Below are positions 54,175 through 62,877 of a DNA stretch of 64,000 nt, piece by piece. The position numbers and the translations under genes are program-made. The stretch is from contig CALDRG010000063.1 in assembly GCA_937911265.1 (NCBI GenBank), positions 5,862 to 69,861 of the forward strand, written 5' to 3'. This stretch comes from an uncultured euryarchaeote (GTDB taxonomy: Archaea; Thermoplasmatota; Poseidoniia; Poseidoniales; Thalassarchaeaceae). The notes under the pieces were generated by a model. The model was not told the origin of the DNA, made no database searches, and saw nothing but the letters and a program-made list of their open reading frames with translations. Every line of letters starts with the position of its first letter. Positions within the stretch are counted from its first letter, which is position 1.

Positions 54175-55709
54175 GACTCGTTGTAGATTGGTGTCTCGTC
54201 TAGGTGCATGGCGAGATTGAACAGCCACCACGATATCAGGTCAAATGATTCCACGAGATTCTGGACACCGGTTCCGTTGTCAGTCACCATCATGTCGACC
54301 ATTGTATCGAGAGTGTCGCACGGTCCGTGGTAGCAATCCGAGCCGCCAGTGAGCGAGCCAAAGTCCATCGAGACCACCCCGAGCTGGTCTGCTATCCTCT
54401 CGTAGTCGCTCCTCCCTCTCTGCGACTCGTGCACCGATATCGAGAGTCTATTCTGGTCGCTAGAGTCAACGTCCTTCATCGAGGCGTAGCCCTCGGTGTT
54501 GTAGATCTCCCTCCCTAAGCGCAGCGCCTCGGCGATGTCGTTGTTGTTCGAACCAACCCACTCAGCGAGTCTAACCATGGGCCACTGCTCGTTGATCTGA
54601 TTGTCCGTCTCGGGAATGATGTCGACTACTAGGGTGTAGTAACCCGGCCAGTTAGTCCCGACTGCATCCGCATTGAGGTAGTTTGACAGGGTGACTCCTG
54701 ACGGGATGTTCTCTATCCATCTGTCAACTCCATCGTAGCCGTTCTCCTCGTTGGACCAGAAGCAGACGGCGATGGTTCTGCGGTGATCGAACTGCGCGAG
54801 ACCTCGGGCCGCCTCTAGGACCAAGGCCACGCCAGCACCGTTGTCGTGTGCTCCGATGTGGGTTCCTCCTCCGGGTGGGCTTCCCGCCTCGGCGATGTCG
54901 AGATGGGCCCCCAGAACCAGCCATTCGTCGGGGAATGTTGTCCCCTCCTTGTAGCCGCAGACATTGACCGCGTAGGAAAAGTCAGAAATCCAGTAACGGT
55001 GAATCTGCGTGTCGTAGCCCATCACCTGAAGTTCGCTCTGCATGAAATTCGCAGCCCTCATGTACACCGGGTCGTGCAGGGTGAAAGGACCCCAGCGATC
55101 GTTGTAGCCTGAATCGGGATCAGCGAACAACTCTAACCACTCAAAGACGTTGAGGCCGTCAATTATACCGGTGCTGTGCAGTGCTCCGTCCTCCACTGTG
55201 TACGCTGAATCGTTCTCCCTTGCCACAGGGTGCTCGATGTAGGCGTATGGTGACTGCTCGAACTCACTCGAGGAGAACCATTCCGTCCAACTCTGGTTGG
55301 TCGCTCGCAGCGGCCAGGTGTCTCTACCCAATTCTCCCAGTAGGAAGTGAGTTGAATTGAGATTTGATGGGGCCAGCATCTCTACGCTTGCAGTGCCAGC
55401 CCCATCGAAATCGAGCGTAGTCCCGTTCACGATGTATCCAGACTCCTCATCCATGACGAGGTATGGGACATGTACGCTCATCGAGCTTGATGCAGTGACC
55501 TCTACAGTCTGGAACTGCGCACCTATGAGTACCTCGGGAGAAATTGTCAGGTCGTCGGTCGAAATCAACTCGGCATCCCCTCCGGGGGAGAAGCATCCGG
55601 TTAAGCTGGTAGCAATAATGACGAGCGCGAGACACGCTGCGCGGACACGGGTCATCGATTCGGATTGGTGTTGGCTGTATATCAGTTCAGCCGAACAGGG
55701 CAGTTTCAA
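54171..55709 (-). CDS. M28-family zinc aminopeptidase, lipoprotein
   Basis: Signal plus LTGC lipobox-like. LVLGAHLDIAEAGSPPGGGTHIGAHDNGAGVALVLE metal-binding region typical of M28. Remaining His/Glu ligands downstream. Confidence 0.7.
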   Translation of the reverse strand: MKLPCSAELIYSQHQSESMTRVRAACLALVIIATSLTGCFSPGGDAELISTDDLTISPEVLIGAQFQTVEVTASSSMSVHVPYLVMDEESGYIVNGTTLDFDGAGTASVEMLAPSNLNSTHFLLGELGRDTWPLRATNQSWTEWFSSSEFEQSPYAYIEHPVARENDSAYTVEDGALHSTGIIDGLNVFEWLELFADPDSGYNDRWGPFTLHDPVYMRAANFMQSELQVMGYDTQIHRYWISDFSYAVNVCGYKEGTTFPDEWLVLGAHLDIAEAGSPPGGGTHIGAHDNGAGVALVLEAARGLAQFDHRRTIAVCFWSNEENGYDGVDRWIENIPSGVTLSNYLNADAVGTNWPGYYTLVVDIIPETDNQINEQWPMVRLAEWVGSNNNDIAEALRLGREIYNTEGYASMKDVDSSDQNRLSISVHESQRGRSDYERIADQLGVVSMDFGSLTGGSDCYHGPCDTLDTMVDMMVTDNGTGVQNLVESFDLISWWLFNLAMHLDETPIYNES

Positions 55710-55778
55710 GACCGGACGACCCTACGCAGGTATCTCTGACACGGCCCCTCTAAGGGATGCGGAGTCGGAGGTGAGTGC

Positions 55779-56795
55779 ATGCAGAGCCCCATTACGCGCA
55801 TCGAACCGAAGATAGCCGCGCGTCTGTCTAAGCAGAAGTACCAGCTCGTCGGTGAGCACGGTGGCGTCAAGGTCTGCCACTGGACCAAGCAGAGCCTGAT
55901 TGCCGACCGTTCTTGCTACAAGGGCACCTTCTACGGCATCGAGAGTCATGGCTGCATGCAGATGGCACCCAATGTGGATACCTGCAACCTCGCCTGCACA
56001 TACTGTTGGAGGGAGCCACACTCAGACACACTGCACAAGATTGACGACGACCCGTACGAGCTGTTCCTAGAGTCGGTCCGCGGCCACCGCCGCCTCATCA
56101 CTGGATTCGGCGGCAACCCGAAGGCTGACCCGGAGAAGTTTCGAGAGGCGCAGAATCCGAAGCACGTCGCCATCTCATTGAATGGCGAGCCCACTCTCTA
56201 CTCTCGCCTAGGTGAATTCCTCGACATCTGCCACCAACACGGAGTCTCCACCTTCCTCGTGACCAACGGCAGCCTGCCCAAGGTCATCGAGAAGCTCGAT
56301 CCACTGCCCACTCAACTTTACGTCAGCGTGGATGCCCCTAACAAGGAAATTTTTGACCGGCTGTGCAAGCCCAAGTTCGACCAAGCAGCATTCCACAAAC
56401 TTGAGCAGACCCTCGAACTGCTGCCCAGCCTCGACACTCGCACGGTGTGCCGCCATACGCTCATCAAGGGCGAATCGCTAAGTCACCACGAGGATTATGC
56501 GCGCCTCGACAACATCGCCGACCCGGACTTCATCGAGGCAAAGGGGTACGTGTATGTCGGCAACAGCCGCAACAACCTGACCATCGAGAACATGCCGTAT
56601 CACCAGGATATTCTCGACTTCTCCAACCGACTAGCTCCTCTTGTGGGTCGCGAGGTGCTCTCAGACCGCAAAGAGAGTCGCGTTGCTCTGATTGGCAAGG
56701 AGATGGTCCCGATTACCCTACCGGAGAAGGTGCGAGAACTACCCAAGGACCTCGGAATCGCCAAGCCACAGCGGTATATGTTGCCTCAGGCCTAA
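55779..56795 (+). CDS. taw1: tRNA 4-demethylwyosine synthase Taw1 (TYW1, radical SAM)
   Basis: VKVCHWTKQSL, CYKGTFYGIESHGCMQMAP and radical-SAM cluster CNLACTYCWR. Length typical of archaeal Taw1. Confidence 0.8.
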   Translation: MQSPITRIEPKIAARLSKQKYQLVGEHGGVKVCHWTKQSLIADRSCYKGTFYGIESHGCMQMAPNVDTCNLACTYCWREPHSDTLHKIDDDPYELFLESVRGHRRLITGFGGNPKADPEKFREAQNPKHVAISLNGEPTLYSRLGEFLDICHQHGVSTFLVTNGSLPKVIEKLDPLPTQLYVSVDAPNKEIFDRLCKPKFDQAAFHKLEQTLELLPSLDTRTVCRHTLIKGESLSHHEDYARLDNIADPDFIEAKGYVYVGNSRNNLTIENMPYHQDILDFSNRLAPLVGREVLSDRKESRVALIGKEMVPITLPEKVRELPKDLGIAKPQRYMLPQA

Positions 56796-57781
56796 ACCAT
56801 CGGCCTACTTGAACCACATTCGGGACAACGCTGCTCCTCGCTGTCGCTGTAAATATGGAAGCATGCTGGACAAATTTCTGCCAGCGTTAATTTCGTCTTT
56901 CCTTCGACATCCAAGCGCTCGGAGTCGATTCGCTCTAAATTGAGTGAATCACGCGCGATATCAGGAAGTTCGAATCGTCCGGGCCCTCCTATCTTCGTCA
57001 GCACGTCCGGAGGCAAAGTGACTGTACCTGTATCATCTATGATGAGTTCGCGGCTACCTGATAGGTCAGCGATGTTCACATCGGTCCCGTGCTGAGCGAC
57101 AAAGCGTCCATCCCTGAGTTCAAGCGAGCGTTCGCAAAAGGCGGCGACCTCTCTGTTGTGGGTGACTAGGAAGAAGGCGACGTCCTCCTCCTTGTGCAGG
57201 TTTTCGAATATCTCCAACACCTCCCTGCTAGTTATTGGGTCGAGAGCTCCAGTAGGCTCGTCAGCCAGAATCAACTTGGGATTCGTAATGAGAGCACGGG
57301 CTATCGCAACCCTTTGTTGCTCACCTCCTGAGAGCTCCTCAGGCATGCCTCGGGATCTATCTCCCATTCCAAGGCGGTCTAGGAGTGCCTGCGCCTTGGC
57401 CCTTGCAGTGACTGGTAAGACGCCTTGGTGTCGAAGAGGCTGGGCCACGTTATCTAGGGCGTTCATATGTGGTAGAAGGTTAGAGTCTTGGAAGATAAAA
57501 GAGACCGTTTTCTGTCGCAAATTCACGAGTTCTGTCCCAGTCAGTCTGGTCATTCTACTACCTGCCAACTCTACTCCGCCGGCTGAAGGCTTCATCAGAC
57601 CCCCTAGGCACTTGAGTAGGGTGGATTTGCCTGATCCAGAGGGACCGATTACTGCCACGGCCTCTCCCTCATAGACGGTGACGTGGAGACCGCGGAGGGC
57701 GACTACATTTCCGTCTTCGGCCTTCGAATCGTAGACATGGTAGAGTCCGTCTGCCTTCAGAATCTCAACTCTTTCTTCCAT
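56792..57781 (-). CDS. ABC transporter ATP-binding protein with a roughly 105-aa C-terminal extension ending in a zinc ribbon
   Basis: Walker A GPSGSGKSTLL, signature LSGGEQQRVAIARAL, Walker B ILADEPTGALD. Tail with ELIIDDTGTVTLPPDVL (AbrB/MazE-like hairpin?) and CPACFHIYSDSEEQRCPECG. Confidence 0.8.
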   Translation of the reverse strand: MEERVEILKADGLYHVYDSKAEDGNVVALRGLHVTVYEGEAVAVIGPSGSGKSTLLKCLGGLMKPSAGGVELAGSRMTRLTGTELVNLRQKTVSFIFQDSNLLPHMNALDNVAQPLRHQGVLPVTARAKAQALLDRLGMGDRSRGMPEELSGGEQQRVAIARALITNPKLILADEPTGALDPITSREVLEIFENLHKEEDVAFFLVTHNREVAAFCERSLELRDGRFVAQHGTDVNIADLSGSRELIIDDTGTVTLPPDVLTKIGGPGRFELPDIARDSLNLERIDSERLDVEGKTKLTLAEICPACFHIYSDSEEQRCPECGSSRPMV

Positions 57782-57785
57782 TTTC

Positions 57786-60700
57786 TCACTCTCCCTTCAG
57801 TACCACGGCCAAATCGGCTTGCAGGGCTCTTCTAGTTGTGTATAGCAACGCTATCATGACAGCGATTAGAACTGAAACATTGACCAGAGCCAAATCTAGC
57901 CAGGGCCATACCAATTCTCTTGCTATCGGGGCGCTTTGACCCAAGAATATCTGGAAGATATAGCCGAATATTCCGAAGAAGCCGTTGAAGGCCTCTGCAA
58001 TAGCGAGTCCAAGTATCACTCCAAGAGCCATGCTAACGGTGAGTATTGAGAGAATCTCGAACAGAACTAGTCGCATGACTTGATTGGGGCTGGCTCCAAT
58101 GGCCTGCAGGATGGCCAACTCCCTCTTTCGCTGAGTCAGGACTAGGGATAGGAAGACGAAGGCGGAAGCGACGGATGCTAGCGAAGCCACAATGAATTGC
58201 AGACTCAGAAGGCCCGGTGTACCGAAGATTAGTCCTCCATTTCGTTCGTTTTCCCGATGAGCAGTGGACCAGTCAGAAGCCGCACTCACACCGTTTCCAT
58301 TGACTACCTCGGCGCTGAGTGCTCTTAGGGCATCTGCACAGTCCTCGTTAGTCTGATCGCACAACTCGAAGAACCACCTGTTGGAGGCGTAGGAATCTGC
58401 AACGGTATCTCCGACGAGTGCCCTGTATGTTGACTCGCTAACCACTATGGCCTGATCTGCTTCAGAGGATGGAAGTCCGGGAACCCATTGATGACCCCCA
58501 ATGTAAGAGATGTCTGCCTCGGTGACAGTGGATGTTACGACGAGACCGTCGGGACCGAAGCTGTAACTGTATTCTGTATACTCAATCGTGATTGCTAGTC
58601 CGGGATTAACCTCAGTCTCAGACGGGTTCAACCCGCCGGAATCGCCAGATGAGAGATCTAGCTGGGACCTAGCTTGGCTCCCGGCTGAGAATCCGCCGTT
58701 CTTCCAAGCATTCACTGCATTGTCTATGTCATCTTGAGGTACTGTCTGCGTGTCCCATATCAGCGTGTCTTCGTGCCCCTCGAAAAGCACCCAGGTACGT
58801 ATCAGTGAACCTTCTCCCTTCTTATTTGTGAAAATGTCACCCACCGAAGTCATGGCGTCAATGTCGGTTATGTCGCTATCACCGACTCCCTGAATAGCCA
58901 ACATAACCTCAGCTCTGGCCTGTTCCTCTGTGACTGGAGAGTCGAATTGGACCTGCATGTCAGCACCAGTCTGAGCAGAAGTAGTCCGCTGATCTACGAT
59001 AGTTCCAGTATAGCCCTGAACGGCGGCTAAAGTGACGATTGACAGGGTGAGTAGCATAATCACAGCTAAGCGGTTTACTGATTCAGAAGAGCCGGATCCT
59101 CGGAGTCCTCTCCTGATGTCAGAGACCGCTGGAGACCATGACAGGAGCATGGTCAGAATATTTGGCCCGGCAGCACCAATTCTACCCAGTACTAGGGCGC
59201 CACCGATCCACAAGAAGAATGGGCCGAGCAGTAGGAGTAATGCGTTTAGTATGAAGTTGGATATGATACCATCAGAACCGAAAGAACCCCACCCTCCATT
59301 GGACTGAATCCAACTTTCTAGATATGCCAGCAGACCGATTCCGAATACAATCATATGAAGCCATGTCCTTGGCTCCCGCTTCTCTGAAACTTTTCTCACA
59401 CCCTCATCAATCTCTATTCTGAGGAAGTCCCTAGTTCTCGATTTACCAAATAACAGTGAGACTCCAACGGTTAGTAAAACGATGAACAGGGTCTGCCAGA
59501 AGCTCAGAGTTGGATTGATATCAATTCCTCCAGACCTGAATGACATGAAGCCCACTGCGTCGAGTACTAGGGGCACAGACAGCAAGGCCAATGTGTACCC
59601 GGCAAACCAAGCAAACAGACTGGTTACAGCCAATTCGAGCATTATCATCCCGGTGAGTGTTCCCTCGGTTCCTCCAATGACACGGTGGATGGAGATTTCT
59701 CTCTTACGCTGCTCAAGCGATAGGACAAGTCCATAGATTAGAACGGAGAAGGATAGTATCACTATCGGTATCATCAGTATGTAGTCGAATACCTGGATGA
59801 TTCCTAGGAAAATATTGAGGAAGGTGATGGTTCCGGATATTAGGTCGTTGTATTCAACAAGGATTCCCGCGCTGGTGTAGTTGCCTGCTTCGACTTCCTC
59901 TTTGAGTACATCAAGCCACTTGGTGGCATCTGCAGTAGATGTGGTGGGTAGTTGGTTCCTATCAACTGCCAGTCCAAGGTACCCGTGATCATTGTCCATC
60001 AGGATAAGTTTCTGCTCATCACTCAGAACCGCGTCGGAAACTATCACCGGATTGAACAGCAGAGTTGGGTTTCCAGCACCTCCTTCTTGATACACAGCTG
60101 CAACTGTAAGATTGTAGACGGTCATATTCACTCTGCAGTACTTATATCCCGACTCAGTGTTGAAATCCTCCTCTCCTTGGCAGTCCTCGAAATCCTCATT
60201 GATGTTCTGATACCCAAGGTAGCCAGTGACATAGGTGAAAGTAAGAGATGAAATTGTATCGTTGACTCCAACTCCAGCATTGCTAGCTACCTTTGAAGGC
60301 AGCACAATTGATCTGTTTGCAGCAGCGTCTTCAGCGCTGGTAGGCCAACTACCGTAGATAATTCGCGAATCCTGACCTCTCGTAGAATGCCTTTCTCCCA
60401 GTTCTCCGTCCCAAATGCCATCACCATAGAATCGGAGTGTCCTGTCATCATTTATCGGTGGCCCCGACTCGTATGCCTCTGGATAGTCCCAACTGACATT
60501 TGCCCAATCACCCGTCGGTCCCATGGCTGCAATTACATTGAGTGGCTGAGCGATGAAGAAGTCCTCATCGAAGAAACCGTCTACCCTAACTCCTTGACGT
60601 CCATAGACTAAGCCGCAATCCGAGAATTCCTCCATCTCTACGAACTCATCGCACATTGATTCCCAGAGCAAGGAGTCGTTAGTGCGTCCATCGACGTCAT

Positions 60701-60926
60701 TTCCTGGATCGTTTGCGAAGTCTAGCTTAGCGTCAAAAATCTCCTCCTGTAGGGAGTACTGCAGGAATGCTTGTGACAGGCCGACTCCGTAAGCGAGAAC
60801 CGTTGAGATAACCAAGGATGCTAGAAAGACGCCAGCGAAGACGGCCAGTACCCTCTCCCTACTGCGCCAAGAGCTTTTTGCGGCCATCACCAGATTGTCT
60901 GGTAGAGATATCAATCGATTCTTCAT
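57786..60926 (-). CDS. MacB/FtsX-type ABC transporter permease with two FtsX modules and two large extracytoplasmic domains (1046 aa)
   Basis: TM1 then about 330-aa external domain then 3 TM; repeated. C-terminal FtsX-like helices (ILQAIGASPNQVMRLVLFEIL...). 4-nt overlaps with both flanking ATPase genes. Confidence 0.75.
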   Translation of the reverse strand: MKNRLISLPDNLVMAAKSSWRSRERVLAVFAGVFLASLVISTVLAYGVGLSQAFLQYSLQEEIFDAKLDFANDPGNDVDGRTNDSLLWESMCDEFVEMEEFSDCGLVYGRQGVRVDGFFDEDFFIAQPLNVIAAMGPTGDWANVSWDYPEAYESGPPINDDRTLRFYGDGIWDGELGERHSTRGQDSRIIYGSWPTSAEDAAANRSIVLPSKVASNAGVGVNDTISSLTFTYVTGYLGYQNINEDFEDCQGEEDFNTESGYKYCRVNMTVYNLTVAAVYQEGGAGNPTLLFNPVIVSDAVLSDEQKLILMDNDHGYLGLAVDRNQLPTTSTADATKWLDVLKEEVEAGNYTSAGILVEYNDLISGTITFLNIFLGIIQVFDYILMIPIVILSFSVLIYGLVLSLEQRKREISIHRVIGGTEGTLTGMIMLELAVTSLFAWFAGYTLALLSVPLVLDAVGFMSFRSGGIDINPTLSFWQTLFIVLLTVGVSLLFGKSRTRDFLRIEIDEGVRKVSEKREPRTWLHMIVFGIGLLAYLESWIQSNGGWGSFGSDGIISNFILNALLLLLGPFFLWIGGALVLGRIGAAGPNILTMLLSWSPAVSDIRRGLRGSGSSESVNRLAVIMLLTLSIVTLAAVQGYTGTIVDQRTTSAQTGADMQVQFDSPVTEEQARAEVMLAIQGVGDSDITDIDAMTSVGDIFTNKKGEGSLIRTWVLFEGHEDTLIWDTQTVPQDDIDNAVNAWKNGGFSAGSQARSQLDLSSGDSGGLNPSETEVNPGLAITIEYTEYSYSFGPDGLVVTSTVTEADISYIGGHQWVPGLPSSEADQAIVVSESTYRALVGDTVADSYASNRWFFELCDQTNEDCADALRALSAEVVNGNGVSAASDWSTAHRENERNGGLIFGTPGLLSLQFIVASLASVASAFVFLSLVLTQRKRELAILQAIGASPNQVMRLVLFEILSILTVSMALGVILGLAIAEAFNGFFGIFGYIFQIFLGQSAPIARELVWPWLDLALVNVSVLIAVMIALLYTTRRALQADLAVVLKGE

Positions 60927-61675
60927 TCACCGACCCCCGAATATTCTCCCCACGCTGATCGGATGTCGGATGCTGCCGTAACACCATCCCGGAGCAACAG
61001 CATCCTATCGGCCATCGATGCCAACGTGGGGTCGTGAGTAACCATCAGGACTGATATTCCGTCCTCTTCGCAAAGTTGCTTGAACAGGTCGATAATCTCC
61101 TGGCCACTCTTAACATCGAGATTTCCTGTGGGCTCATCTGCGAGCAGAAGTGGCCGGGAACCTGCGATTGCCCTAGCAATAGCGACTCTCTGTCTCTGGC
61201 CACCAGACAGCTGGTCCGGGATGAATTCCATACGATCCGCTAGGCCGACCCTCTCGAGAGCATCTCTAGCCTGCTTCTCCGCTTGTGCAGAGGGGACTCC
61301 AGAAAGCTCCAATGCAAAAACGACGTTGTCCAATGCGTTTAGTCTGTCAATTAGGTGAAAATCTTGGAATATCCAGCCAACTCCTTTCCTTCGGACATCC
61401 ACCACACGGCTGGGGCTTTTCGTGCCGTAGTTGAACTGATCCAGTGAGATTGAGCCAGAGTCGGCACCCAATAGTCCTCCAATAATGTTGAGCAGTGTAG
61501 ATTTTCCACACCCAGAGGGGCCCATGAGAGCCACCAGTTCCCCGGGCTCGATTCCGAGATTGATTCCCTTTAGAACCTCTAGTCTACGTCTTCCAGAGCC
61601 GAAGCCTTTGTGCAAGTCTGCGACGCGAAGCACAGCCCTACGGGCTGAAAATAGCATATAAGCAGTTGTTGTCAA
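60923..61675 (-). CDS. ABC transporter ATP-binding protein (MacB/LolD-like)
   Basis: GPSGCGKSTLL, LSGGQRQRVAIARAI, LLADEPTGNLD, VTHD. Confidence 0.85.
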   Translation of the reverse strand: MTTTAYMLFSARRAVLRVADLHKGFGSGRRRLEVLKGINLGIEPGELVALMGPSGCGKSTLLNIIGGLLGADSGSISLDQFNYGTKSPSRVVDVRRKGVGWIFQDFHLIDRLNALDNVVFALELSGVPSAQAEKQARDALERVGLADRMEFIPDQLSGGQRQRVAIARAIAGSRPLLLADEPTGNLDVKSGQEIIDLFKQLCEEDGISVLMVTHDPTLASMADRMLLLRDGVTAASDIRSAWGEYSGVGE

Positions 61676-62757
61676 CCACCTTGGGTTGCATCATAGTAAG
61701 CTTCAGCCATGGCTTGTCCTTGCGCCTCAGCACTCAAAGCATCCCTTACATGATCAACTAGAGAGTCATCTGAATTTCTAGGAACTCCACCTGCTCGCTT
61801 CCAAGCCGCGTGCACGCTCACAACCTTGTCTACCCATGCCATGACATCGGTCGCCGGCAGAAGGCATCGCCCCGGAATCACCTCGTTATGCGCAGGGAGA
61901 TTGGCTGCGATGACAGGGCATCCGGCGGCCATCGCTTCTGCAGGTGGGTAGCCAAAGCCCTCTGAAATGCTCGGGAACAGTAAGGCCTCGGCATGCTGGA
62001 AGGCGGCCACAAGTTGCTCGTCATCCAACTCGACTTCGCTTCCGATGTGGAGCATGTGGATGTCACTGGCTACCTCTTCGGGAAGACTGGTCATTACCTC
62101 TCGAACGAAGCCGAGACGCTTGCGAGGCTCATCGCTGCCGACGGTAATCAGTAGGCACTTCGTGTCGTCGTCGTGCTCGGCAATGAGTTCGCGGGAGCGT
62201 GGATTGCCCTCCGGGTCCCAGTAGTCAAGGTCGATCTGGTGTCGAACGAGCGCGGTTGGCTTACCCGGGAACATTCGCTCCACATCCCTCCTAGTCATCT
62301 CCGAGACGCAGATTAGCAGGTCTGCCCTCGCCAGTCCCTGCTTCAATCGCTTGAGATCGCGACGGCGGAACACACCGGGCCTTTGGTCACCAACGGGGAC
62401 TCTGATGTCGCCGGCTTTGATCTGGCGTGGCTCAAGGTGAAACATATCGTGAACGGTCACCACTACGGGTATGGCACAGGCCTCGGGGACAAGGTGGGCT
62501 TGCTCTTGATCGGTTATGTGCAGGAGGTCGGCTTCCGAGCTCGCCACGGAGGATGAGATGAAAGCAGGGTGCTTGCGCCACCTAGTAAGAAGGCGATTTG
62601 GTGCGAAACTCAGAATCTGGTGCTCAAGAGTGGTCACCTTAGACCATCCCGGGACCATTGCGTGCTGGAGCAGTGACTCGACGGCATGGTGAGCGCGGCC
62701 CAGACCGGTACTCGACGGGAGGGCGGCACCCCTAGCTAGCACAACTCGCTTGACCAT
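61672..62757 (-). CDS. GT4 glycosyltransferase, first gene of the ABC exporter operon
   Basis: EGFGYPPAEAMAAGCPVIAANLPAHNEVI GT4 C-terminal motif. Start moved to MVKRVVLARG. 4-nt overlap with the downstream ABC ATPase gene. Confidence 0.7.
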   Translation of the reverse strand: MVKRVVLARGAALPSSTGLGRAHHAVESLLQHAMVPGWSKVTTLEHQILSFAPNRLLTRWRKHPAFISSSVASSEADLLHITDQEQAHLVPEACAIPVVVTVHDMFHLEPRQIKAGDIRVPVGDQRPGVFRRRDLKRLKQGLARADLLICVSEMTRRDVERMFPGKPTALVRHQIDLDYWDPEGNPRSRELIAEHDDDTKCLLITVGSDEPRKRLGFVREVMTSLPEEVASDIHMLHIGSEVELDDEQLVAAFQHAEALLFPSISEGFGYPPAEAMAAGCPVIAANLPAHNEVIPGRCLLPATDVMAWVDKVVSVHAAWKRAGGVPRNSDDSLVDHVRDALSAEAQGQAMAEAYYDATQGG

Positions 62758-62877
62758 GCGCCCACCAAGGCGTATCGGACTTAAACGAGGGCGGGTGATG
62801 GGTCGGATATGACGAGTAATGGGGAACACAGTCCCTCTGCCGGCGGCCTAGTGGTCGCAAAGGGCAGTTTCGCTGCA

